This document shows positions 37,192 to 46,242 of a DNA stretch of 64,000 nt, one piece after another. A program made the position numbers and the translations under genes. Under the pieces are notes generated by a model. It made no database searches. It saw only the letters and a list, made by a program, of their open reading frames with translations, and was not told the origin of the DNA. Numbering within the stretch: position 1 is the stretch's first letter; every line of letters starts with the position of its first letter. Source of the stretch: Armatimonadota bacterium (GTDB lineage: Bacteria; Sysuimicrobiota; Sysuimicrobiia; Sysuimicrobiales; Sysuimicrobiaceae); contig JANXCW010000001.1 of the NCBI GenBank assembly GCA_025059775.1, positions 221,549 to 285,548 on the forward strand, in the 5' to 3' direction.

Positions 37192-37214
37192 GGACCTGGT
37201 CATAGACCAGGTCC
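37192..37214. promoter_or_regulatory. perfect 23-bp palindrome GGACCTGGTC-ATA-GACCAGGTCC between motB and the CaCA gene
   Basis: Read directly: a 10-bp perfect inverted repeat with a 3-nt spacer, with no flanking T-tract. Candidate operator or intrinsic hairpin. Confidence 0.4.
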
Positions 37215-37321
37215 AAGGAGTCTCCCTGTACTAAGTCCCTGCTCCAATTTTGGCCGACGAGTGAACCGGGGAAAGCCCGGTGGGAGCGCCACGGGTGACC
37301 CTCAGGCCCGGGGCGGAGCGG

Positions 37322-38071
37322 CTAGGGGCGCAGGAGGAGGATCTCCACCCGGCGGTTGCGGGCCAAGTCCTCTGAGGAGGTGCCGCGGCGGACGGGGCGG
37401 CTGTCCCCGTAGCCCACGATGGTGAACCGGGTGCCGTCCGCGCCGGAGAGCTGCATCAGCCGCCGCACCACGGCTCCGGCCCGGGCGCTGCTGAGCTCCC
37501 AGTTGGAGGGGTATCGAAAGGTACGGATGGGGCGGACGTCTGCGTGTCCTTCCACCCGCACGAGGAGCTCGGGTCGGGTCCGGATGGCCCGGGCCACCGC
37601 CCGCAGTACGGGCTCTGCCTCGGGCCGCAGCTCCGCACTCGCGGTGTCGAAGAGCAGCGGTCCTGCCATGGAAACCCGCACCCCTTCCGGCGTCACCCGC
37701 ACCTCCACCTGCGCGCCTAGGCCCGCGGCGGTAACCTGCTGAAGGATTCCGCTCGCCAGGGCCCGGAAGCTCTCGGAGACCGGATCGGCTGCAGGGGCGG
37801 GACTGGGAACATCGAGTTCCAGAACCCCGCTTCCTCCCGGCAGCACGCCCTGACTCCCGTCCAGCATGCCCAGGGAGGCGGTAGCTGCCCGGAACCCCGC
37901 CACCACCTTCCGGAACTTTGCGAGGTCCAGCTGGGAGAGGGAGTACACCATAATGAAGTAGGCCATGAGCAGGGTGATGAGATCCGCGTAGGTGATGAGC
38001 CATCGTTCATGGCCACCCCCCCCGTGGCCGTGCCCCCCTCCCGCCGGCGCGCTGCTCCGTCTGCGCCTCAC
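37322..38071 (-). CDS. motB: flagellar motor stator protein MotB (OmpA-like C-terminus)
   Basis: ORF 37322..38071. WLITYADLITLLMAYFIM carries the plug/TM and the conserved Asp. The OmpA domain is VEGHADVRPIRTFRYPSNWELSSARA. Confidence 0.9.
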   Translation of the reverse strand: MRRRRSSAPAGGGHGHGGGGHERWLITYADLITLLMAYFIMVYSLSQLDLAKFRKVVAGFRAATASLGMLDGSQGVLPGGSGVLELDVPSPAPAADPVSESFRALASGILQQVTAAGLGAQVEVRVTPEGVRVSMAGPLLFDTASAELRPEAEPVLRAVARAIRTRPELLVRVEGHADVRPIRTFRYPSNWELSSARAGAVVRRLMQLSGADGTRFTIVGYGDSRPVRRGTSSEDLARNRRVEILLLRP

Positions 38072-38895
38072 CGTGCGCCCACCGTCGCCGCTCCCGGGCT
38101 TCGGGCGGTTCCTTCCTGCATCGCCGCCTCCCGGCCCACCTTGGCGCGGAGAGCAGGTGGCAGGAAGGCCCGCAGCTTCTCCTCCACCAGGCGCGGGTTC
38201 TCCCCCGCCTGGATGGCGAGAACCCCTTCTGTGACGATCTGCCGCAGTAGGGCCTCTTCCTGGGAGCGGGCCCGGAGTTTGTTGGAGAGGGGAAGAAACA
38301 CAAGGTTCGCGAGGGCCACACCGTAGAGAGTGGCGATGAAGGCTGCCGCCAGCATGTGGCCGAGCTTAGACGGGTCATCGAGCTTCTGCATCATGTTGAT
38401 GAGACTGATCACGGTGCCAATGATGCCCAGGGTGGGCGCGAATCCTGCCATGGTGCTGTAGATCCCCTCGCCCACCCGGTGCCGTTCCTCCATGAGCTCG
38501 ATCTCCGTCTCGAGGATCTCCCGCACCACCGCAGAGTCCGTGCCGTCCACCACCAGCCGCACGCCCTTGGTGAGGAACGGATCATCGCCCTCCCGCAGCT
38601 CACCCTCCAGGCTCAGCAGTCCCTCCCGGCGAGCCCGGTCCGCGAACCGGATGAGGCGGTTCATAGTGCCCAGCACATCCGGAGGCCGGTGGAAGAAGGC
38701 CCGCAGGGTCACCCGGGGCAGATCCAGGATCTGCTTGAGGGAGTAGGAGACCATGGTGGCGCCCAGAGTACCCCCGAACACGAGGAGGAAGGCGGGGATG
38801 CTGATGTAGTACTCGGGCTTGCCCCCCTTCAGGATGGCTCCTGCGCCCACGCTGGCCCACCCCACCACCAGGCCCAGCAACGTTGCGAGATCCAC
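38068..38895 (-). CDS. motA: flagellar motor stator protein MotA
   Basis: ORF 38068..38895. MotA/TolQ/ExbB channel, TLGIIGTVISLINMM. Confidence 0.9.
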   Translation of the reverse strand: MDLATLLGLVVGWASVGAGAILKGGKPEYYISIPAFLLVFGGTLGATMVSYSLKQILDLPRVTLRAFFHRPPDVLGTMNRLIRFADRARREGLLSLEGELREGDDPFLTKGVRLVVDGTDSAVVREILETEIELMEERHRVGEGIYSTMAGFAPTLGIIGTVISLINMMQKLDDPSKLGHMLAAAFIATLYGVALANLVFLPLSNKLRARSQEEALLRQIVTEGVLAIQAGENPRLVEEKLRAFLPPALRAKVGREAAMQEGTARSPGAATVGAR

Positions 38896-38901
38896 GGCCC
38901 A

Positions 38902-39135
38902 TCACCCCATGGGATCCGGTACGCATTCCGCCGAATCGCTGGAACGACAGCAGGCCTTCCGGTACGCGAGGACCCGGGCCACCACCTCGTCCACGGACTC
39001 CTGGACCACGTACCGGTGTCCCGTGGTGAGGGAGATGACGGTATCCGGGGTCCCCTCCACGGACTCGATGAGCTCCGCGTTGATGACGGTCTCCGTGCCG
39101 TTGAGCCGTGTGACCTTGATCATGGCCTCCGCCAC
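38902..39135 (-). CDS. flbD: flagellar protein FlbD
   Basis: ORF 38902..39135. MIKVTRLNGTETVINAELIESVEGTPDTVISLTTGHRYVVQESVDEVV matches FlbD. A Cys-rich tail is unusual. Confidence 0.7.
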   Translation of the reverse strand: MAEAMIKVTRLNGTETVINAELIESVEGTPDTVISLTTGHRYVVQESVDEVVARVLAYRKACCRSSDSAECVPDPMG

Positions 39136-39140
39136 TCCGG

Positions 39141-40364
39141 TTATCGGCGCAGGGAGATCAACTCTTGAAGGAGCTCGTCCGAGGCGGTGATCACCCGGGC
39201 GTTGGCCTGGAAGCCCCGCTGGGCCGTGATCATGTTCGTGAACTCCTGCGCGAGATCCACGTTGGACATCTCCAGGGCCCCCGCCACGAGCGTCCCCCGG
39301 CCCCCCGTGCCCGCGGCCCCGATGGAAGGGGCTCCGGAGTTGGCGGACTCCGCGTACAGGTTGTTCCCCGCCTTGAGCAATCCCCCGGGGTTGGTGAACA
39401 GGGCCAGGGCCACCTGTCCGATGACTTGGGTGCGGCCGTTGGAGTACAGGCCCGTGATGACCCCGTTGCCATCGATGGCGAAGGACTCCAGGCTGCCGCT
39501 GGGGTACCCGTCCTGACTACGGAGGGTGGCGGTGGACGGCGCGGCGTACTGGGTGAGCTGGGAGAAGTCCAGCTTCAGCTCCAGATCCGCGGAGCCCAGC
39601 TCATCCGGGAGGTCCACGGTGACCTCCTCGGGCTCCGTGGGCGAGGTGAGCTTCCCGGTTTCGTCGAACTCCAGGCTCCCGCTGGCCACCTCATCGTCCC
39701 CGTAGAAGAGCTGCCAGTCCCACTGGTTCGCATCCGTCTTGGTGAACACCAGCCGGAGCTGGACGGCGTTCCCGAGGGAGTCGTACACGGTAATGGTGGT
39801 GGTCCAGGTGCCGTCCACCTCCATGGCAGCGTCCAGGTTCCCGCCGAACACCACGTTCTCCGTGGCCTTGGGCGGGATCTCGACCCCCACGGGGATCTGG
39901 ATGGGCACCAGCTCCCCACTCGTATCCACCTCCCCCGCCTCGTTCGCCCGCCAGCCCATCAGCCGCAGGCCCGTGCTGGCGTGCACGAGGTTGCCGGTGC
40001 TGTCCAGCACGAGGGCTCCGTCCCGGGTGTAGAACCGCCGCAGCCCATCCCCCACCACGAAGAACCCGTCGCCCTGGATGGCGAGGTCCGTAAGGACTCC
40101 CGTGTACTGGAGGTTGCCCTGGGTGAAGAGGGTGTCCACGCTCGCCACCTGGACCCCGAGCCCTACCTGCATGGGGTTCATCCCACCCCGGGCCTCCGAG
40201 GGTGCCTGGGCGCCCCGGATGGTCTGCGCCAGCATCTCCGCGAAGTTCACCCGGCTGGCCTTAAACCCTACGGTGTTCACGTTCGCGATGTTGTTGCCGA
40301 TCACGTCCATGCGGACCTGATGGCTCCGCAATCCCGACACACCCGCAAACAGACTCCGCAGCAT
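39141..40364 (-). CDS. flgE: flagellar hook protein FlgE
   Basis: ORF 39141..40364. N-terminal rod/hook motif SLFAGVSGLRSHQVRMDVIGNNIANVNTVGFK. C-terminal EMSNVDLAQEFTNMITAQRGFQANARVITASDELLQELI. Confidence 0.9.
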   Translation of the reverse strand: MLRSLFAGVSGLRSHQVRMDVIGNNIANVNTVGFKASRVNFAEMLAQTIRGAQAPSEARGGMNPMQVGLGVQVASVDTLFTQGNLQYTGVLTDLAIQGDGFFVVGDGLRRFYTRDGALVLDSTGNLVHASTGLRLMGWRANEAGEVDTSGELVPIQIPVGVEIPPKATENVVFGGNLDAAMEVDGTWTTTITVYDSLGNAVQLRLVFTKTDANQWDWQLFYGDDEVASGSLEFDETGKLTSPTEPEEVTVDLPDELGSADLELKLDFSQLTQYAAPSTATLRSQDGYPSGSLESFAIDGNGVITGLYSNGRTQVIGQVALALFTNPGGLLKAGNNLYAESANSGAPSIGAAGTGGRGTLVAGALEMSNVDLAQEFTNMITAQRGFQANARVITASDELLQELISLRR

Positions 40365-40391
40365 GCGCTCTCCCTCCTTTCGGTTCTCTCC

Positions 40392-40784
40392 TTACCCAGC
40401 GACTTCCACCAGCTGGTCCAGGGTGTACTCCTCCCCTCCCACCAGCAGCACGAACCGGCCCTCCCGGTGGCGGACGCCCGCCACCACGTCCTCCGTCGTG
40501 GTGCCGTCCGCGTTCTGCACCACCACCCGCCGACCCACGAGCTGCACCGCGGTGGCGGCCTCCTGCCGCCACCGGAGCTCCTGTACCGCCTGGCTCACGT
40601 TGTACATCTGCTCCAGGGCGCTGAACTGGGCGAGCTGGGCGATGAACTCCCGGTCGTTCATGGGCTCGAGGGGATCCTGGTTGCGCAGTTGGGTCACCAG
40701 GAGCCGCAGGAAGTCGTCCTTCCCGAGGACGCTGGACCCCACCCGCACCCCCGTGTCCTGCTGTACTGCCCGGATCTCCATCAC
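40392..40784 (-). CDS. flgD: flagellar hook capping/assembly protein FlgD
   Basis: ORF 40392..40784. LGKDDFLRLLVTQLRNQDPLEPMNDREFIAQLAQFSALEQ. Confidence 0.85.
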   Translation of the reverse strand: MMEIRAVQQDTGVRVGSSVLGKDDFLRLLVTQLRNQDPLEPMNDREFIAQLAQFSALEQMYNVSQAVQELRWRQEAATAVQLVGRRVVVQNADGTTTEDVVAGVRHREGRFVLLVGGEEYTLDQLVEVAG

Positions 40785-40793
40785 CGCACCTCC

Positions 40794-42308
40794 TCACACC
40801 ACGTAGTCCACGGCTCCCGCCATCCCCCGCCCCGGCCGGCCCGGGCGCGGGGTGCGGGCCGGCCGGATCCGCCAGCCTTCGGGGGGTTCTGGCACGCCCG
40901 GGGGCCGGCCGTCTTCCCGGGCCAGCACGCCCACCTCCAGCCCCACCAGAGCAACGCCCCGCTCGCTCAAGGCTTGGTGGAGGGCGGATTCGTGCACGCG
41001 CACCGCCCGGGCCACCTCCGGGCCTCCCTCCACTCTCGCCCACACCGCGTCCGACCGGCCCCGCACCTCCACCCGCACCGGCTCTCCCCACCGGTCCGAG
41101 AACTCCAGCCGAAGGCGGTTGGGAAGTGGCGCGTACTCCGGTCGCTCTCCGGGAATCTGGACCCCCTCCGTCCGGCCCTGCACCTCCACCCGATCGCCTC
41201 CCCGGGCCTGCCTCTCAGGGGCGCTGGCCGGAGGGACCTCGTGGGGCCTAGCTCCGACGTCTTCCCGGAATCCAGCCTTGCCACTAGGGGGGTCTGACCG
41301 CGGCTCCTTCCGCATTCCGCTCGGACGCTCAAACCCGCGCTCGCCTTCCCCCTTTTCCCCCCCAAAAACCGCCGGCACGCCCTCAGACGGTGGAGGCGGT
41401 TGCGTGCGGCCTCCCTCGGTCCCTTCTACCCTCGGGACTGCGGACACCCCCCGGGGCACTACCTCCGGCTTCTCACCCTCCCACTCCCCCCCAGGCTCTC
41501 GCGCGGCCTCTCCTGGGCGCACCGGGGGAAATCCCCCGGAGATGGGTGTCGGGGAGTTCTGCCTCCCGGGGATTGAGGAGTCCGGCACCCTGGCTTCGGC
41601 CGGACGCCTGCTCGCAGGTGACACCGGTTCCCTGTGGGGCGCATGAGGAGCATCTTTCCCGGATCCCGCAGGAAACTGAGGGGGGAGTGCTGTTCCGGGA
41701 ACTAAAGGCTGGGCCGGCAGTTTCCCAGAGGCTCCATCCGGCTCCTCGGCTTTCGGCCTCCCGGAGGGCCGCCCGGACTTCTCCGTCTCCCGGACCTCGA
41801 AGAAGGGCTGGACCGCCGCTGGGGCTCCGGTGGGGGCTGTGGTCTCCGGGGCAGGAAGCGGGTCTTTGCCCACCACCGTGGGCGGACCTGTGAGGGCCTC
41901 CGGAGGCGGTTCCGGAGCTCCCCTGCCAGACGGAATAGCCCGCGGAACTGAGGTATCCCCGGTTTGCGGCTGCGGGGTTTCCGATCCATCCGAAGCCTGC
42001 AGGTCTGGCGGTCCCCCGGTGAGCTCCTTCCTTTCGGTTCCCCCCAGTGCCCGCCGGACCTCCTCAGCTTCCTCTGCCTCCGGCGCCTGGAGGCGCTCCT
42101 CCCTGCTCGACGCGGGAAGGACCCACGCGAGCGGCTCCTCCGACCCTGGGAGGACGGCCGGGGGCAGTTCGTGGCCGGGATGGACCCGTGGATCCCCCAG
42201 GAGGACCACCCGGGCCAGCACCGAGGGGAAGGCCGCGGCGTACATCTCCGCCACGAGTCCCGTCAGGGTCGTCTCCGGGGGGAGAGCGTCCTTGGGCAGC
42301 AACCTCAC
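40794..42308 (-). CDS. fliK: flagellar hook-length control protein FliK (Pro-rich, C-terminal Flg_hook domain)
   Basis: ORF 40794..42308. A long Pro/Glu-rich linker, then the C-terminal domain ...RLEFSDRWGEPVRVEVRGRSDAVWARVEGGPEVARAV. Position between fliJ/SLT and flgD as in Bacillus. Confidence 0.7.
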   Translation of the reverse strand: MRLLPKDALPPETTLTGLVAEMYAAAFPSVLARVVLLGDPRVHPGHELPPAVLPGSEEPLAWVLPASSREERLQAPEAEEAEEVRRALGGTERKELTGGPPDLQASDGSETPQPQTGDTSVPRAIPSGRGAPEPPPEALTGPPTVVGKDPLPAPETTAPTGAPAAVQPFFEVRETEKSGRPSGRPKAEEPDGASGKLPAQPLVPGTALPPQFPAGSGKDAPHAPHREPVSPASRRPAEARVPDSSIPGRQNSPTPISGGFPPVRPGEAAREPGGEWEGEKPEVVPRGVSAVPRVEGTEGGRTQPPPPSEGVPAVFGGEKGEGERGFERPSGMRKEPRSDPPSGKAGFREDVGARPHEVPPASAPERQARGGDRVEVQGRTEGVQIPGERPEYAPLPNRLRLEFSDRWGEPVRVEVRGRSDAVWARVEGGPEVARAVRVHESALHQALSERGVALVGLEVGVLAREDGRPPGVPEPPEGWRIRPARTPRPGRPGRGMAGAVDYVV

Positions 42309-42826
42309 GGGTTCCCTCCGGATTCCACGGAGCGCATCCGCTGCCAGGTACCAAGCACCCGCTCCACGTAGTTCCGGGTCTCCGGGTAGGGCGGCACCCC
42401 GCGGTAGCGCTCCACGGCTCCAGGGCCCGCGTTGTACGCGGCGAGGGCCAGCCGCACGTCCCCGAACCGATCGAGCAGTCCCCGGAGGTACCGGGTGCCC
42501 GCCTCCACGTTCTGGGCGGGGTCGTAGGGATCCCGGACGCCCAGGGCCCGGGCGGTGGCGGGCATGAGCTGCATGAGGCCCTGGGCTCCCGCCGGGGAGG
42601 TGGCGGAGAGGTTGTAGCCCGACTCCGCGTGAATCACCGCGTGCACCAGGGCGGGATCCAGCCCGTAGCGGCGGGCCGCCTCCTCCACCAGCTCCCGGAA
42701 GGGCTGCTGGTTTCTCCGCGCTTGCGGCCGGGGGGGAGAGAAGCCCGAGCCAATCCCCTCGGGTCCGCCCAACCGCCGCTCGATGGCGCGGATACGGCTC
42801 AGGGTAAGCAGCAGGTTCGGGCTCAT
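42305..42826 (-). CDS. lytic transglycosylase (SLT domain), flagellum-associated
   Basis: ORF 42305..43267 trimmed to MSPNLLLTLSRIRAIERR; the ATG overlaps the fliJ stop as ATGA. SLT catalytic motif ESGYNLSATSPAGAQGLMQLMP...AYNAGPGAV. It occupies the ylxF slot between fliJ and fliK. Confidence 0.75.
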   Translation of the reverse strand: MSPNLLLTLSRIRAIERRLGGPEGIGSGFSPPRPQARRNQQPFRELVEEAARRYGLDPALVHAVIHAESGYNLSATSPAGAQGLMQLMPATARALGVRDPYDPAQNVEAGTRYLRGLLDRFGDVRLALAAYNAGPGAVERYRGVPPYPETRNYVERVLGTWQRMRSVESGGNP

Positions 42827-43254
42827 GGTCTGCGCATCGAGCGCAGCAGGGCGGCTTCGTCCGCCTGTACCTGCTCGCGCCGCTCCTCCTCCCGGCGGTG
42901 CTGCAGCAGCCGCCGCTCCCGCAGCCGCTCCACCACCTGCCGCTCCGTCCTGACCTGCAAAAACCGTGCCCAAGCCGCCTCCACCTGGGTCCTCCATTCC
43001 ACCATCCTCTGCTCCGCGGTTACGGCCCCCAGCCGGGCTCGCTCGAGAACCGCGGCGGCCACGCGCAGGGCCCGGGCATCCTGGGCCTCCCGCACGCGCG
43101 CCTCCGCCTCCCGAACCTCGCTGCGGGCCCGCTCCAGCCGCACCTCTGCCTCCCGGAGGGCCCGGAGGAGGTCGCTGAGTTCCCGGCGGGCCTGCCGCTC
43201 CCGGATCATCCGCAGCCGCCGCAGGCCCTCCAGCCGGAACCGGAACCGCCGCAT
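42823..43254 (-). CDS. fliJ: flagellar export chaperone FliJ (coiled coil)
   Basis: ORF 42823..43464 trimmed to MRRFRFRLEGLRRLRMIRERQARRELSDLLRAL. Size (143 aa) and position after fliI fit FliJ. Confidence 0.65.
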   Translation of the reverse strand: MRRFRFRLEGLRRLRMIRERQARRELSDLLRALREAEVRLERARSEVREAEARVREAQDARALRVAAAVLERARLGAVTAEQRMVEWRTQVEAAWARFLQVRTERQVVERLRERRLLQHRREEERREQVQADEAALLRSMRRP

Positions 43255-43256
43255 GC

Positions 43257-44570
43257 CTACTCCGCAAGGCCCCGGAGCTGTTCGAGGGTCTGCTCGAAGG
43301 GCGTGCGCTCGTGGGGGAGCTGACGGAGGAACGCGCGGATGGCCTCGATGCGGTCCAGAGCCGCGTCCACCCTGGGATTCGTACCCCGGGTGTACGCCCC
43401 CAGGTTCACCAGATCCTCCACCTCCCGGTAGGCGGCCAGGTACGCCCGCACCGTCTGAGCCCACCGAAGGTGCTCGGGACGGACCACGGAGGGCATCACG
43501 CGGCTTGTGGACTCCAGCACGTCGATGGGCGGGTAGTGCCCCTGGGCCGCGAGGGCCCGGGAGAGGACGATGTGGCCGTCGAGGATGCTGCGGGCGTGGT
43601 CCGCCACGGGCTCCATGAGGTCGTCCCCCTCCACCAGCACCGTGTACAGGGCGGTGATGGAGCCTCGTTCAGAGGTCCCTGCCCGCTCCATGAGCTGCGG
43701 CAGGAGGGCGAAGACGCTGGGGGTATAGCCCCGGCTGGTGGGAGGTTCACCGACCGCGAGCCCGATTTCCCGCTGGGCCATGCAGAACCGGGTGACGGAA
43801 TCCATCATGAGCATCACGTCCATCCCCTGGTCCCGGAAGGCCTCCGCCATCGCCGTGGCCACGAAGGGCGCCCTCGCCCGCACGAGGGGCGGCTGGTCCG
43901 AGGTGGCCACCACCACGACGGAGCGCACAATGCCCTCCCCCAGGTCGTTCTCGATGAAATCCAGCACCTCCCGGCCCCGCTCGCCCACCAGGGCGATGAC
44001 GTTCACGTCCGCGCTGCTGTGCCGGGCGATCATCCCCAGCAGCGTGCTCTTCCCGACCCCGCTTCCCGCGAAGATCCCGATCCGCTGGCCCCGGCCGAGG
44101 GTCAGCAATCCGTCGATGGCCCGCACGCCTGTGGCAAGGGGGGTGGTGATGCGGGGCCGGTGGAGGGGATTGGGGGGATCCGCATGCAGCGGCCGAAAGC
44201 CCTCCGGGGAAAGGGGCCGGCCATCGAGTGGTCTTCCCAGCCCGTCCGTCACCCGACCCAGCAGGGACCGGCCCACGGGCACCCGCATGGCCCGGCCGGA
44301 GGGGATCACCGCGCTCCCGGGGCTTAGACCGCTGAGAGGCCCCAGGACCATCATGAGGAAGCGGTCGTCCCGGAACCCTACCACCTCCGCGGGCACCTCC
44401 CCCTGGGGGGTTTGGACCGTGCACCACTCGCCTACGTGCACCCGGGGTCCTCTGGCCTCAGCCACCAAGCCCACCACCTGCACCACCCGGCCCACGACCC
44501 GCACGGGATCCGTCTGGTGCACCGCGCGGATCAGGTCCTCCAGGGGGAGCTCAAGGAAGCGGTTACCCAC
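43257..44570 (-). CDS. fliI: flagellum-specific ATP synthase FliI
   Basis: ORF 43257..44717 trimmed to the GTG behind GGAGGAGG, which overlaps the fliH stop. Walker [18 protein letters not shown]. Walker [12 protein letters not shown]. Confidence 0.9.
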   Translation of the reverse strand: MGNRFLELPLEDLIRAVHQTDPVRVVGRVVQVVGLVAEARGPRVHVGEWCTVQTPQGEVPAEVVGFRDDRFLMMVLGPLSGLSPGSAVIPSGRAMRVPVGRSLLGRVTDGLGRPLDGRPLSPEGFRPLHADPPNPLHRPRITTPLATGVRAIDGLLTLGRGQRIGIFAGSGVGKSTLLGMIARHSSADVNVIALVGERGREVLDFIENDLGEGIVRSVVVVATSDQPPLVRARAPFVATAMAEAFRDQGMDVMLMMDSVTRFCMAQREIGLAVGEPPTSRGYTPSVFALLPQLMERAGTSERGSITALYTVLVEGDDLMEPVADHARSILDGHIVLSRALAAQGHYPPIDVLESTSRVMPSVVRPEHLRWAQTVRAYLAAYREVEDLVNLGAYTRGTNPRVDAALDRIEAIRAFLRQLPHERTPFEQTLEQLRGLAE

Positions 44571-45219
44571 CGAGCACCTCCTCCAGCCGCTCCCGCAAGC
44601 TGGTGAGCTGGGTCGGCAGGCTCGCGTCCACGGTCCCCGCGTCGGACTCCACCACGCACCCTCCTTCCACCTGGGGATCCGGCACCCACCGCACCCGCAG
44701 CCCGGGTCGTTCCACACCCCCGGCCCGATCGCCCAGCAGCGCCAGATCCCGGGGGTTCAGCCGCACCACGAGCTCCACGAACCCGTGGAGACGCCCCGCG
44801 GCCTCCTGAACCCACTGCAGGAGGATCTCCGGTTCCAGCTCCACCGCCCGACGCACGATGCGGCGAGCCACCTCCAGGCTCAACCGCACCACCGCGGGCG
44901 CGGCGAAGGAAGCGAGGGCCGCGGGCCCCTGGCTGGCCAAGTCGTCCACCACCCGATCCAGCCGCCTGAGCCGTTCCTGCCAGGCGGCTTCCCCCTCCGC
45001 GCGGGCTTCCTCCCGGGCCTGCACCACGGCCCGGGCCACCTCCACCCGGGCCTCCTCCCGGATCCGCCGGGCCGCTTCATAGGCGCTGCGCAGGACCTCC
45101 GCGGCCCGCACCTCCGCTTCCTCCGCTCCCGACTCCGGACGACCGACGGCGGTGGTGATGCGCACCAGGGCCTCTTCCCGGGGCGCCTGCTTGATCACCG
45201 CGCGCACCGTCTCCCGCAC
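44563..45219 (-). CDS. fliH: flagellar assembly protein FliH
   Basis: ORF 44563..45219. Glu/Ala/Arg-rich coiled coil, then a FliH C-domain. Position between fliG and fliI. Confidence 0.75.
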   Translation of the reverse strand: MRETVRAVIKQAPREEALVRITTAVGRPESGAEEAEVRAAEVLRSAYEAARRIREEARVEVARAVVQAREEARAEGEAAWQERLRRLDRVVDDLASQGPAALASFAAPAVVRLSLEVARRIVRRAVELEPEILLQWVQEAAGRLHGFVELVVRLNPRDLALLGDRAGGVERPGLRVRWVPDPQVEGGCVVESDAGTVDASLPTQLTSLRERLEEVLGG

Positions 45220-45228
45220 CGCCGCCTC

Positions 45229-46239
45229 CTAGACCAGGATCTCCTCCGATCCACCCCGCACCAGCACGATCTGCCCGCTCTCCTCCAGCTGCCGCACCAC
45301 GGTAACGATGCGGCCCTGGGCCTCCTCCACATCCCGCCGCCGCACCGGCCCCATGAGCTGCAGATCCTCCCGCAGGGCCTCCGCGGCCCGCTGGCTCATG
45401 TTGCGGAAGATCTTCTCCCGCAGCTCCTCGCTGGCCCCCTTGAGCGCGAGCGCGAGGTCCTTGCTGTCCACGTTGCGCAGAACGAGTTGGATGGAGCGGT
45501 CGTCAAGGCTCAGGAGGTCCTCGAACACGAACATGAGCTTCTTCACCTGGGACGCCAGCTCCGGATCCCGCTCCTCCAGGGCCTCCAGGATGGCACGCTC
45601 CGTGGCCCGGTCGGACTGGTTGATGATGGAGACCAGGGCCTGCACTCCGCCTACTGCGGTGAACTCCTGCGTGGGCAGGCTCACCAGCTTGCTCTCCAGG
45701 GCCATCTCCACCTCCCGGATGGTCTCCGGGGTGGTGCGGTCCATCACCGCCACCCGCTGCGCCACCTCCACCTGCAGCTCCCGGGGGAGGGAGGCGAGAA
45801 CCGCGGCTGCCTGTGCGGGCCTCAGGTAGGCCACCACGAGCGCGATGGTCTGCGGGTGCTCCTGCTGCAGGAGGCTACTGAGCTGTGCAGGATCCATGCG
45901 GCGGAAGGCATCGAAGGGCGTGATCTGGAGGGAGGAGGTGAGGCGCTCCAGGATCTCCGCGGCGCGCTGCGGCCCGAGAGAACGTTCCAGCAGCTCCCGT
46001 GCGTACTGCAGCCCGCCCAGGGAGACGTACCCCCGGGCAAGGGCCAGTTGATAGCACTCCTGGATAACCTCCTCCCGCTCCTCCGGGGTGACCTGCTGGA
46101 GGCTGGCGATCTCGAAGGTGAGGGCCTCGATCTCCTCGTCGCCTAGGTGCCGCAACACGTTCGCGGCCGCCTCCGGGCCCAGGGACACCAGGAGCATGGC
46201 CGCCTTCTGACGTCCGGACAGGGTGTTCCGGCCGGGCAT
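45229..46239 (-). CDS. fliG: flagellar motor switch protein FliG
   Basis: ORF 45229..46239. LSGRQKAAMLLVSLGPEAAANVLRHLGDEEIEALTFEIA. C-terminal torque helix region. Confidence 0.9.
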   Translation of the reverse strand: MPGRNTLSGRQKAAMLLVSLGPEAAANVLRHLGDEEIEALTFEIASLQQVTPEEREEVIQECYQLALARGYVSLGGLQYARELLERSLGPQRAAEILERLTSSLQITPFDAFRRMDPAQLSSLLQQEHPQTIALVVAYLRPAQAAAVLASLPRELQVEVAQRVAVMDRTTPETIREVEMALESKLVSLPTQEFTAVGGVQALVSIINQSDRATERAILEALEERDPELASQVKKLMFVFEDLLSLDDRSIQLVLRNVDSKDLALALKGASEELREKIFRNMSQRAAEALREDLQLMGPVRRRDVEEAQGRIVTVVRQLEESGQIVLVRGGSEEILV

Positions 46240-46242
46240 GGC

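Noticed and set aside
37098-37321. Sigma-54 promoter upstream of the CaCA gene.
   Set aside because: GGCAC occurs, but there is no TTGC at the required 5-nt spacing. Only a weak TATACT-like -10 is present.
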